Part shown: piece after piece, positions 56,715 through 64,000 of the stretch
Layout: every line of letters begins with the position of its first letter
Position numbering within the stretch: position 1 is the stretch's first letter
Assembly: GCA_965224195.1 (NCBI GenBank)
Contig: OZ245040.1
Span: 1,792,001 to 1,856,000 of the forward strand
Length of the DNA: 64,000 bases
Direction: 5' to 3'
Origin: Nitrosopumilus sp.
GTDB taxonomy: Archaea > Thermoproteota > Nitrososphaeria > Nitrososphaerales > Nitrosopumilaceae
Translations under genes and position numbers: made by a program
Notes under the pieces: model-generated
The model's input: the letters and a program-made list of their open reading frames with translations, nothing else
Database searches by the model: none
What the model was told of the DNA's origin: nothing

Positions 56715-58125
56715 CCAAACGTGGCATTACAACTTCGACTTGCTCTCTAACTAACTGTGTGTAATAGTTGATGAGAATATCTACCATAAGTAAAATACCA
56801 ATTCCAGAACCAAAGACACCAAGAACATCAGATACTCCTGCTAATAGACCCAAAATTGCAGAGCCAATAATTGTAACAGATGGAATATACTTGTTTAACA
56901 GTGCCTCAACTGGAGCGTTTGATCTTCTAAATCCAGGAATTTGTACATCTGCATCAAGTAAGTTTTGAGCTGCAGTCTTTGGTGATAAACCACCAAGTTC
57001 AACCCATAGTCTACCAAACACAATTACAATTCCAATCATAAATAGAACATAACCTACTGCACGCATTGGATCTAATGCTGCAACATCCAAACCTCTTGGT
57101 GGAGTGATGTAGTAGATGATACCCCCAACTGGAGTGTTTGGGCTAGTAGGATCAAATTGTGCTATAAAATTCATAAAGAAATTATTATTACGAGGGTTCA
57201 TGTTTGCCCACAACATCTGGAAAATGAAAACTGCGTTTGCAGTAAGTGCTGATGCTAAAATAACTGGAATGTTTGAGACATACATCAACTTGATAGGATA
57301 AACTGCTGCAAAGCCCCTGTATTTTGTTGAAACAATTGGAATTTCAATTTTGATACCTTGTGTGAATACAAGTATTAACAATATTCCTGCGGTAAGGAAC
57401 ATCCCAAAGATACTCGGTAATTGATTTGAACGGAATAGAATATTTGTGATATCTCCACTGCCAGTCAATGATTGAACAATATATGGAATAATACCAATCA
57501 TCCCTCCATCTCCAGCAGGTAACGGACTAAACATACTCCAAAGGATTTGTTGAGCAACACCAGCCATAATGAATAAACTGATTCCACTGCCAAGTCCCCA
57601 ACCTTTCTGAATTAGTTCATCAAGGAACATGATAATTATCGACGCCGCCATTAGCTGCCCTATCAGAACATACAATACGTATGGTTCTGTGATACCAGGG
57701 CCATAAACTGCTATAGCATATACAATTGATTCAGCAACAATTACAACATATGTTACCATTTTAGTAGCTGTTTGGAAGATGCCTCTCTCTTCTGGTTTTT
57801 TGAAATCAAATTTTAGAATGTCTGAACCTCTCAATAATTGCATCAAGAGTCCAGATGTAACTATCGGCCCTATACCTAATTCAACTAAGGTTCCTTGTTG
57901 GGATGCAAAAATAACTCTAGCAAATGCTAGAAAATCAAATTGAGGTGCAGTTGCTCCAAATAGAGGAGTCTGACCCATTATCATATAGATAAGTAATGCA
58001 ATCCCACACCAGAGTAATCTAACTTGTAATGGGATTTTCTTTTTAGGTTTTGGAACTTGTGGTAAATATGGTTCTGCTTTAAAAACGATTTTTCGAATAG
58101 TTGTAGTAAATGTGCCCTCAGCCAT
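56692..58125 (-). CDS. secY: Protein translocase subunit SecY
   Basis: ELGIGPIVT, KGWGLGSGISLFI and IPGFRR motifs. Confidence 0.97.
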   Translation of the reverse strand: MAEGTFTTTIRKIVFKAEPYLPQVPKPKKKIPLQVRLLWCGIALLIYMIMGQTPLFGATAPQFDFLAFARVIFASQQGTLVELGIGPIVTSGLLMQLLRGSDILKFDFKKPEERGIFQTATKMVTYVVIVAESIVYAIAVYGPGITEPYVLYVLIGQLMAASIIIMFLDELIQKGWGLGSGISLFIMAGVAQQILWSMFSPLPAGDGGMIGIIPYIVQSLTGSGDITNILFRSNQLPSIFGMFLTAGILLILVFTQGIKIEIPIVSTKYRGFAAVYPIKLMYVSNIPVILASALTANAVFIFQMLWANMNPRNNNFFMNFIAQFDPTSPNTPVGGIIYYITPPRGLDVAALDPMRAVGYVLFMIGIVIVFGRLWVELGGLSPKTAAQNLLDADVQIPGFRRSNAPVEALLNKYIPSVTIIGSAILGLLAGVSDVLGVFGSGIGILLMVDILINYYTQLVREQVEVVMPRLGALLGRK

Positions 58126-58543
58126 TTTCAGTTAACACTTCTCCCCCAACAGCTTTTAATTTTTCTTCAGCAGATGCAGTAAATTGTTGAACTTTGACGG
58201 AATATGCGTTTGTTATTTTTCCGCCACCAAGGAGTTTTTTGTGCCCTGCACTTACAAGGTCTACAATTTTTTTGCCTCCTTCTTCTTTACCGAATTTTAT
58301 GAACAGGTCATCTAAATCTCTAAGACTTGCCCAGTTTTTGATAATGTTTGGGTGAGGTGTTTTAGGTATATCGTGGCTGTAATGATCTGGATCTTCTTTA
58401 ATCATAGTACTTCTATGATGTTTCTTCATACCAGTAATTCCAAGACCACCTTTGTGACCACTTGCACGGTGTTGACCTACTTGTCCCCATCCCATGTGTC
58501 GTCCGCCTCTAAGTCGTCTTGTTTTTCGTAATCTAGTTGCCAT
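58118..58543 (-). CDS. rpl15: 50S ribosomal protein uL15
   Basis: RKTRRLRGGRHMGWG; KLLGGG. Confidence 0.95.
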   Translation of the reverse strand: MATRLRKTRRLRGGRHMGWGQVGQHRASGHKGGLGITGMKKHHRSTMIKEDPDHYSHDIPKTPHPNIIKNWASLRDLDDLFIKFGKEEGGKKIVDLVSAGHKKLLGGGKITNAYSVKVQQFTASAEEKLKAVGGEVLTENG

Positions 58544-58544
58544 G

Positions 58545-59012
58545 TTAAATCATTCTCCTTACGATAGTGTCAAGTTCTTTGTTTTGTCCGAGAATACCTT
58601 TTTGTCCATAAAGTTTCTTTGTACTTCTTTTGAATCCATGTACAGGAGGTGCTAAAGCAAACCAAGGTTTTAGTGGTTTTAATTTTGATAATGTTGCTTT
58701 ACCTTCAGCCAAAGCTGCTCCCAATTCAGCAGTACTTGAAAATCCTAATTCTTTCAAATCTTCAGCAGTTACTTTTTGATAACCACCTTTTCGTGCTTTC
58801 TTATCTAACAATTCAGTTGCTAAAGTTGCATCAATTTCAACCCAAGAAACATAGTGTTGTACTTTTCTTAACATTCCCAAAGTATTATCTTTGGCAGGAA
58901 GAATAGTTGCACGGTATTTTTTATCTAATTTCAACAAAGTCATAGTAGTAGTTGCCCAGTATGGACAATCGGCTTGACCTTTTATTCTAACAACAAGATA
59001 TGCACTAACCAT
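58545..59012 (-). CDS. rpl30: 50S ribosomal protein uL30
   Basis: VVRIKG, GMLRKV..YVSW and LAPPVHGF motifs. Confidence 0.95.
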   Translation of the reverse strand: MVSAYLVVRIKGQADCPYWATTTMTLLKLDKKYRATILPAKDNTLGMLRKVQHYVSWVEIDATLATELLDKKARKGGYQKVTAEDLKELGFSSTAELGAALAEGKATLSKLKPLKPWFALAPPVHGFKRSTKKLYGQKGILGQNKELDTIVRRMI

Positions 59013-59018
59013 AATTTA

Positions 59019-59765
59019 TCAACCCTGACTAAATGTCTGTCTAAGACAATCCAATACTGCTTTTGAAGTTGAGTTCATTGTTGGAGTAGAACCTTTAGCG
59101 GTGGTCCATGCATCTTTAAGACCGGCTAATTCCAATAATCGTTTAATTTTACCACCTGCTACAAGACCTAATCCACGAGGTGCAGGAATAATTTCAATTG
59201 TAACACTACCACCTTTTCCTTTTACTTTGAATGGTACAGAATGTTTCTGATCACATCTACATTCCCAACTACCACAGCCCATTTTGATTGGTTGAACATT
59301 AAGGAAAGCTTGACTAGTTGCTTTTTCAATTGCAATTCTCATTTGTTTTGATTTTCCTTGACCGATACCCAAGTATCCATTCTCATTACCAGCAGCAACA
59401 ATTGCTTTGAATCTAGTTGATTGACCATTTGAAGTCATTTTTTGAATGATACCTACATCAACTACCTCACTTTTCAAGTCAGGTAATAATTTTTTAATAA
59501 TTCCAGATTCCTGAATACGTGACCCAGATTCTATAATTTCTTCTAAGGATGTTATTTCTCCAGAATCAACTTGTTTTCCCAAGATAGTTTTTGGAACCCA
59601 AACTTCCTCTTCTTGTACTCTTCTTGGTCGTTTCGGACGTGCATCTTTAACTCCTCCTGGAGGGCCTCTACCGTATATTGGAGAACCTCTACCTCGTCCA
59701 CCTTGACCGGGTTTAAATTGTCCTGGTTTTGTTTCTCCTGGTTTTGATTGTGCTGTTTGACTCAT
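59019..59765 (-). CDS. rps5: 30S ribosomal protein uS5
   Basis: WVPKT.LG, GCGSWEC and PAPRGLGL motifs. Confidence 0.96.
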   Translation of the reverse strand: MSQTAQSKPGETKPGQFKPGQGGRGRGSPIYGRGPPGGVKDARPKRPRRVQEEEVWVPKTILGKQVDSGEITSLEEIIESGSRIQESGIIKKLLPDLKSEVVDVGIIQKMTSNGQSTRFKAIVAAGNENGYLGIGQGKSKQMRIAIEKATSQAFLNVQPIKMGCGSWECRCDQKHSVPFKVKGKGGSVTIEIIPAPRGLGLVAGGKIKRLLELAGLKDAWTTAKGSTPTMNSTSKAVLDCLRQTFSQG

Positions 59766-59767
59766 TT

Positions 59768-60250
59768 CTATTTGACCTCACTATCAATTACAGATTTTAT
59801 TTTTGAAACTTCATTTTTTACTGTTAGATGTTCACCGTTAATTCTTTCATTTGGTGGGAATGTTTCTGGATCAGCTGGGACTTCAAGACCTGCATCAATT
59901 ATTCCTTTGAGAGCAGCTGCCATTCTTTGAGTGAATCTTTTAGTTCCAGTATACATGATAGCACCCTTTGCACCTTTCCCCATTGCTTTCTTACCTGCTA
60001 AATAACCAGTTAGATATGCAGCAGGTACACTTTTTCTAGAACCTTTCCAACCTTTTTCAATTAGATATCTAGAATGAGCAGAAGCAATAACTTTGTCACC
60101 AGTCATACCAGGTGTTAAAACTTGGACTTGAGTATTTTCATTAGTAATATTTACAGTGATAAAATCACGTTTACCCATCAACATGGTTCCACGTTTTCTA
60201 TAATTGGTCTTTTCCTCTCTTAATCGTCTCAATATTTTCGAATAAGCCAT
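59768..60250 (-). CDS. rpl18: 50S ribosomal protein uL18
   Basis: RRLREEKTNYRKR; AAYLTGYLAG. Confidence 0.95.
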   Translation of the reverse strand: MAYSKILRRLREEKTNYRKRGTMLMGKRDFITVNITNENTQVQVLTPGMTGDKVIASAHSRYLIEKGWKGSRKSVPAAYLTGYLAGKKAMGKGAKGAIMYTGTKRFTQRMAAALKGIIDAGLEVPADPETFPPNERINGEHLTVKNEVSKIKSVIDSEVK

Positions 60251-60286
60251 CTATAGAAACCGAGTTTGAATCTGCTCTTATATACG

Positions 60287-61201
60287 TTAAGCGTGAATTA
60301 GAGCAGCTAGTAAAGATTTCTGAGTATGTAGACGATTTTCTGCCTCATCCCAAACAACCGATTGTGGACCATCAATTACAGATGAAGTTACCTCTTGTTC
60401 TCGCTTTGCAGGAAGACAATGTAAAAAGATCGCATCTTTTTTTGCAGACTTCATTAATTTATCATTGACTTGATACTTTGGTAAGAATTTTTGTAATCTT
60501 TTTTTATCAAGATTATGAATCGATGCAAAAGTATCTGCAACTATTACATCAGCATTTTTAGTTGCAGTGAATGGATCTGTTGTTAATTCAAGGTGGGTAG
60601 ATTTTTTAGCTTGATTTACAACGGTTTTGTTTGGTTCAAATCCCTTTGGAGTTGCAATAGACATATTGATTCCAGCTAATGCTGCACCATAGATCATAGA
60701 ATTACAGACATTGTTACCATCACCAATCCAGGCAATTTTTAATCCCTTGAGTTTTTTCTTTTTTTCTTTAATGGTCATAAAGTCTGCCAAGATTTGGCAA
60801 GGATGAAAAGTATCAGAAAGACCATTAATCACAGGGACACTTGCATGTTCAGAAAGTGTTTCCAGTAATTTATGATCATATACACGTGCCATGATACAAT
60901 TTGAATATCGTGAAAGAGTTTTTGCAGTATCTTCTATAGATTCTCCACGAGACAATTGCATATCATTTGATGAAAGATTAACTGCATGTCCACCTAATTG
61001 ATACATTCCTATTTCAAAACTAACACGTGTTCGTGTAGATGGTTTTTGAAAAATCATTGTTAATGTTTTATTTTTAAGAAGAGGTTTGTTTCCACCTTTT
61101 TTGGGTTCTTTTTTCAGTTTAATAGATTCGTTAATTAATCCTACAAATTCCTTTGAGGACAATTCCGCTAAAGTGAGCAAATTTTTTGTTTTTAATTTCA
61201 T
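60287..61201 (-). CDS. argF: Ornithine carbamoyltransferase
   Basis: STRTR, HPCQ and HCLP motifs. Confidence 0.95.
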   Translation of the reverse strand: MKLKTKNLLTLAELSSKEFVGLINESIKLKKEPKKGGNKPLLKNKTLTMIFQKPSTRTRVSFEIGMYQLGGHAVNLSSNDMQLSRGESIEDTAKTLSRYSNCIMARVYDHKLLETLSEHASVPVINGLSDTFHPCQILADFMTIKEKKKKLKGLKIAWIGDGNNVCNSMIYGAALAGINMSIATPKGFEPNKTVVNQAKKSTHLELTTDPFTATKNADVIVADTFASIHNLDKKRLQKFLPKYQVNDKLMKSAKKDAIFLHCLPAKREQEVTSSVIDGPQSVVWDEAENRLHTQKSLLAALIHA

Positions 61202-62460
61202 TTTTTAAAGAACCCGAACCTACCTTTCTTCTTTTTAGGTTCTTCCTTATCATGTTTTTGTATTTCTTCATTTTCAATATCATCTACATCACTGACTTTG
61301 TTTGATTCTCCAGGTTCAGGTTTATCATTTTTAATCCACTGACGAATATTATTACCCAAATGGATTGCATCCTTATCGTTTTCTGGGGGAGGAATATGAT
61401 ATAGTTCAGAATAAGTTGTAATGTCATCATCTTTGATTCCATCAAAGGGATCATCAGAACTAGATTGCAGTTCTGGTGTTGGTTCAGGTTCTGGTGTTGG
61501 TTCAGGTTCTGGTGTTGGTTCAGGTTCAGAAGTTTCTGCTACATCCACATTATCTAATGAACCAAAAACAGTTTCTAGAAACGTTTCCTTATCAAATGGT
61601 TTAAGATCAGTGTATTCTTGACCAACTCCCACATAGAGAACTGGAGTAGATGTTACTTTTACAATAGATAATGCAGCTCCTCCTCTTGCATCAGCATCAC
61701 TCTTAGTTAAAATCGAAGCATCAAATTTTACATGTGCATGAAATTCACGTGCTTGGTTTACGGTATCATTACCAGCCAAAGAGTCACCTACAAAAAATTT
61801 CATGTCAGGATTTACGACTTTGGTAATTTTTTCAATTTGTTGCATTAAATTTTCACTTGTCTGCATTCTTCCAGCAGTGTCAATTAGCACGACATCTGTT
61901 TTGTGAGATTTTGCATATAGTACTGCATCACGTGCAACAGCTGCAGGATCTGAATTATAATTTTGAGCAACTAGTTTCAAATTAAGACGATTGGTATGTT
62001 CTCGTAGTTGTTCAATTGCACCAGCTCGGAAAGTGTCAGATGCTGCAACAACAACAGAATATTTTGCTTCTTTTAACATATGTGCAACTTTAGCTAGAGA
62101 AGTAGTTTTTCCAGTTCCGTTAATTCCAACAAATAAAATCAAAAAAGGTTGGTCTTGTTTCTTTTTTTCATTAATTTTTTCAAAGATATTGTATTCTCCT
62201 GCTGCATCAAATAGTGTAGATATACTTGAAATCAAACTGTCTTTTACAAATTTTTCAATTTCATTCTTGTCAACTTTTGAACCAATTAATTTCTCTGTAA
62301 GATTATCTTTGATAGAATCAATTACTTCAGTAGCAACATCAGATTCTAAAAGGGATATTTCTAATTCAAACAGAATATCTTCAATATCTTTTTCATTAAG
62401 CTCTTTTTCTCCTAGGCTTTTTGCAGCATTTGTGAATGCGCTTCGGAGTTTATCAAACAT
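61198..62460 (-). CDS. ftsY: SRP receptor FtsY
   Basis: GINGTGKTT, DTFRAGA, DTAGR and TKSD motifs. Confidence 0.95.
   Translation of the reverse strand: MFDKLRSAFTNAAKSLGEKELNEKDIEDILFELEISLLESDVATEVIDSIKDNLTEKLIGSKVDKNEIEKFVKDSLISSISTLFDAAGEYNIFEKINEKKKQDQPFLILFVGINGTGKTTSLAKVAHMLKEAKYSVVVAASDTFRAGAIEQLREHTNRLNLKLVAQNYNSDPAAVARDAVLYAKSHKTDVVLIDTAGRMQTSENLMQQIEKITKVVNPDMKFFVGDSLAGNDTVNQAREFHAHVKFDASILTKSDADARGGAALSIVKVTSTPVLYVGVGQEYTDLKPFDKETFLETVFGSLDNVDVAETSEPEPTPEPEPTPEPEPTPELQSSSDDPFDGIKDDDITTYSELYHIPPPENDKDAIHLGNNIRQWIKNDKPEPGESNKVSDVDDIENEEIQKHDKEEPKKKKGRFGFFKK
61471..61529. repeat. 18-bp tandem repeat (about 3 copies) encoding PEPTPE in ftsY
   Basis: TTCTGGTGTTGGTTCAGG x3. Confidence 0.9.
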
Positions 62461-62463
62461 AGT

Positions 62464-62901
62464 TTATCCAGAAGTTGGAGGTTGTGATGGTTGTTGCATT
62501 GCCTGCATCATTTGATTCATCTGTGCTTTCCCTTGTTCTAATCTAGCAGAAGCATCTTGTTTTTTTGCTGCAGTATCTTGTAAGGCAATTTCAACTTCTT
62601 TGACTCTTGCTTCCAGATAGTTAATTGCAGAAGGAAAATCTTTTTCAACTGCAATTCCTGCACCGATATTCAAAACAATTTTAGAATTAGATGAAATTTT
62701 TGTGGGAACATATGCACCCATTCCTATTGGAACTAGAGTTTCAGATTCAGAATTTTTACCAAGTGATTGAATAGATTCGATTGAAGCAGTTGCCTCTTTT
62801 AAAATATTCATAAAAGTTGCTTCTCTTTGAGATAAATCAGAAAAATATGTTTCAAGCATTTGCATTTGCTGCATTAATTGCTCGGCCTGTTCTTCACTCA
62901 T
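62464..62901 (-). CDS. pfdA: Prefoldin alpha subunit
   Basis: LVPIGMGAYV and NIGAGIAVEK; upstream of ftsY. Confidence 0.92.
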   Translation of the reverse strand: MSEEQAEQLMQQMQMLETYFSDLSQREATFMNILKEATASIESIQSLGKNSESETLVPIGMGAYVPTKISSNSKIVLNIGAGIAVEKDFPSAINYLEARVKEVEIALQDTAAKKQDASARLEQGKAQMNQMMQAMQQPSQPPTSG

Positions 62902-63004
62902 GTATAACAAACATCTTTCTGATGGATATAAATTCATTCATAGATTTTGAAAAACCCAACTAAAAATAGATTAAGAAAGATATAAAAAAAATAAAGATTT
63001 AACT

Positions 63005-63625
63005 TTATTTTGCTTTAGAGAATCTTGATTCTACTTCATCCCAATTTACAACATTCCACCATGCCTCAATATAGACAGGTCTTTTGTTTTGGTAGTTGAG
63101 ATAGTATGCATGTTCCCATACATCACAGCCTAGTAACGGCACTAATCCTACAGTTCTTGGACTAGTTTGGTTTGGCATTGATTTGTATTCAACCTTTGAT
63201 GTTGAAGGATTGTATACCAACCATCCCCAACCGCTGCCTTGAATTACAGCTGTAGTAGATGAAAATTTCTCTTTGAAGTCAGAAAAGCTTCCAAAGGAAT
63301 CATTGATTGCATCAGCAATAGATCCTCCAGGTTCTCCGCCTCCATTTGGTTTCATGTTATTCCAAAATAACCTATGGTTGTCATAACCACCACCATTGAA
63401 ATTAACTGCACCTCTTTGAGCTTCTGGTATTGAATTAATATCAGACAAGATGTCAAGGATATCTTTTTCTTGAATATCAGCAGGACATGCTTCAAGAGCT
63501 GCATTTAGTTTGTCAGTGTATGCTTGATGATGTTTTGTATGATGAATCTCCATTGTTTTTGCATCAATATGAGGTTCTAGTGCATCATATGCATATGGCA
63601 TTTCAGGAAGAGTGTATTTTCCCAT
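63005..63625 (-). CDS. sod: Fe/Mn superoxide dismutase
   Basis: HHTKHH, NH.LFW and DVWEHAYY motifs. Confidence 0.96.
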   Translation of the reverse strand: MGKYTLPEMPYAYDALEPHIDAKTMEIHHTKHHQAYTDKLNAALEACPADIQEKDILDILSDINSIPEAQRGAVNFNGGGYDNHRLFWNNMKPNGGGEPGGSIADAINDSFGSFSDFKEKFSSTTAVIQGSGWGWLVYNPSTSKVEYKSMPNQTSPRTVGLVPLLGCDVWEHAYYLNYQNKRPVYIEAWWNVVNWDEVESRFSKAK

Positions 63626-63703
63626 GTTAGACTTGATAGATTTATTCAATTTATTGGTTTAGTAAGCAATTCATTTTTACTTGTTAAATGGATTACAAAA
63701 TTT

Positions 63704-64000
63704 GTGAAAATATTAGTAATTTTCTCATTATCATTAGCATTATTAGGAATTTTTATTTTATCACATCCACTAGAATCTGAAAATGAATTTAGAACTTATT
63801 TGCAAAGAAGTGTACCATTTGTTGGAACAGAAATTCCTAGAATAGATGGAATAGATGGTTCTGGAATTAAAATTGCAGTAATAGATACTGGTGTTGATTT
63901 TAACCATCCAGATCTTTTTGGATGGGGAGAGGATGGCAAAGTAGTTGGAGGGTATAATTTCATACATGAAGGGCAACCTCCACTAGATACAAATGGTCAC
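63704..64000 (+). CDS. S8 (subtilisin-like) serine peptidase, 3'-truncated by window edge
   Basis: Hand translation from GTG 63704: signal peptide, IAVIDTGVDFNHPDL and DTNGH (catalytic Asp and His). Confidence 0.9.
   Translation, partial: MKILVIFSLSLALLGIFILSHPLESENEFRTYLQRSVPFVGTEIPRIDGIDGSGIKIAVIDTGVDFNHPDLFGWGEDGKVVGGYNFIHEGQPPLDTNGH

Noticed and set aside
22707-62515. Many antisense shadow ORFs (e.g. 22707, 23283, 24845, 32297, 34226, 47038, 61991)
   Set aside because: They lie opposite well-supported conserved genes and carry no motifs.
63770-63976. 68-aa minus-strand ORF
   Set aside because: Antisense to the truncated S8 peptidase on the plus strand.

Overview
AT-rich archaeal DNA from an ammonia-oxidising thaumarchaeote (Nitrosopumilus-like; inferred from gene content, IPDWIKTNAGWW and VCGDRLC motif proteins and an intron-containing tRNA). 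About 20-64 kb is mostly core genome: exosome/prefoldin/KEOPS cluster, rpoD-rpl18e-rpl13-rps9, two leuCD/hacAB pairs, cofE, 2-oxoacid:ferredoxin oxidoreductase, cbf5-cmk-adk-secY-ribosomal proteins, argF, ftsY and sod. The main accessory feature is a ~13.9 kb element integrated at the 3' end of tRNA-Glu(CTC), with att repeats at 6073-6092 and 19956-19975. It carries a tyrosine integrase broken by an in-frame TAG and small RHH-like and Zn-ribbon genes. It also carries the best candidate for a new system: a coupled three-gene operon of a wHTH regulator with a palindromic operator, a Ser/Thr kinase fused to a large P-loop ATPase, and a possible tandem CARF-like Rossmann protein. Facing this operon are an HNH nuclease gene hidden by an in-frame TAA and a Zn-ribbon/PD-(D/E)xK (NERD-like) nuclease, followed by redox/metal cargo. 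Elements absent from the ORF track include a metallothionein-like 48-aa gene, a C/D-box sRNA, a 35-aa C2H2-like microprotein behind a perfect 11-bp inverted repeat, and other microproteins. All family assignments come from reading motifs by eye; no searches were run.
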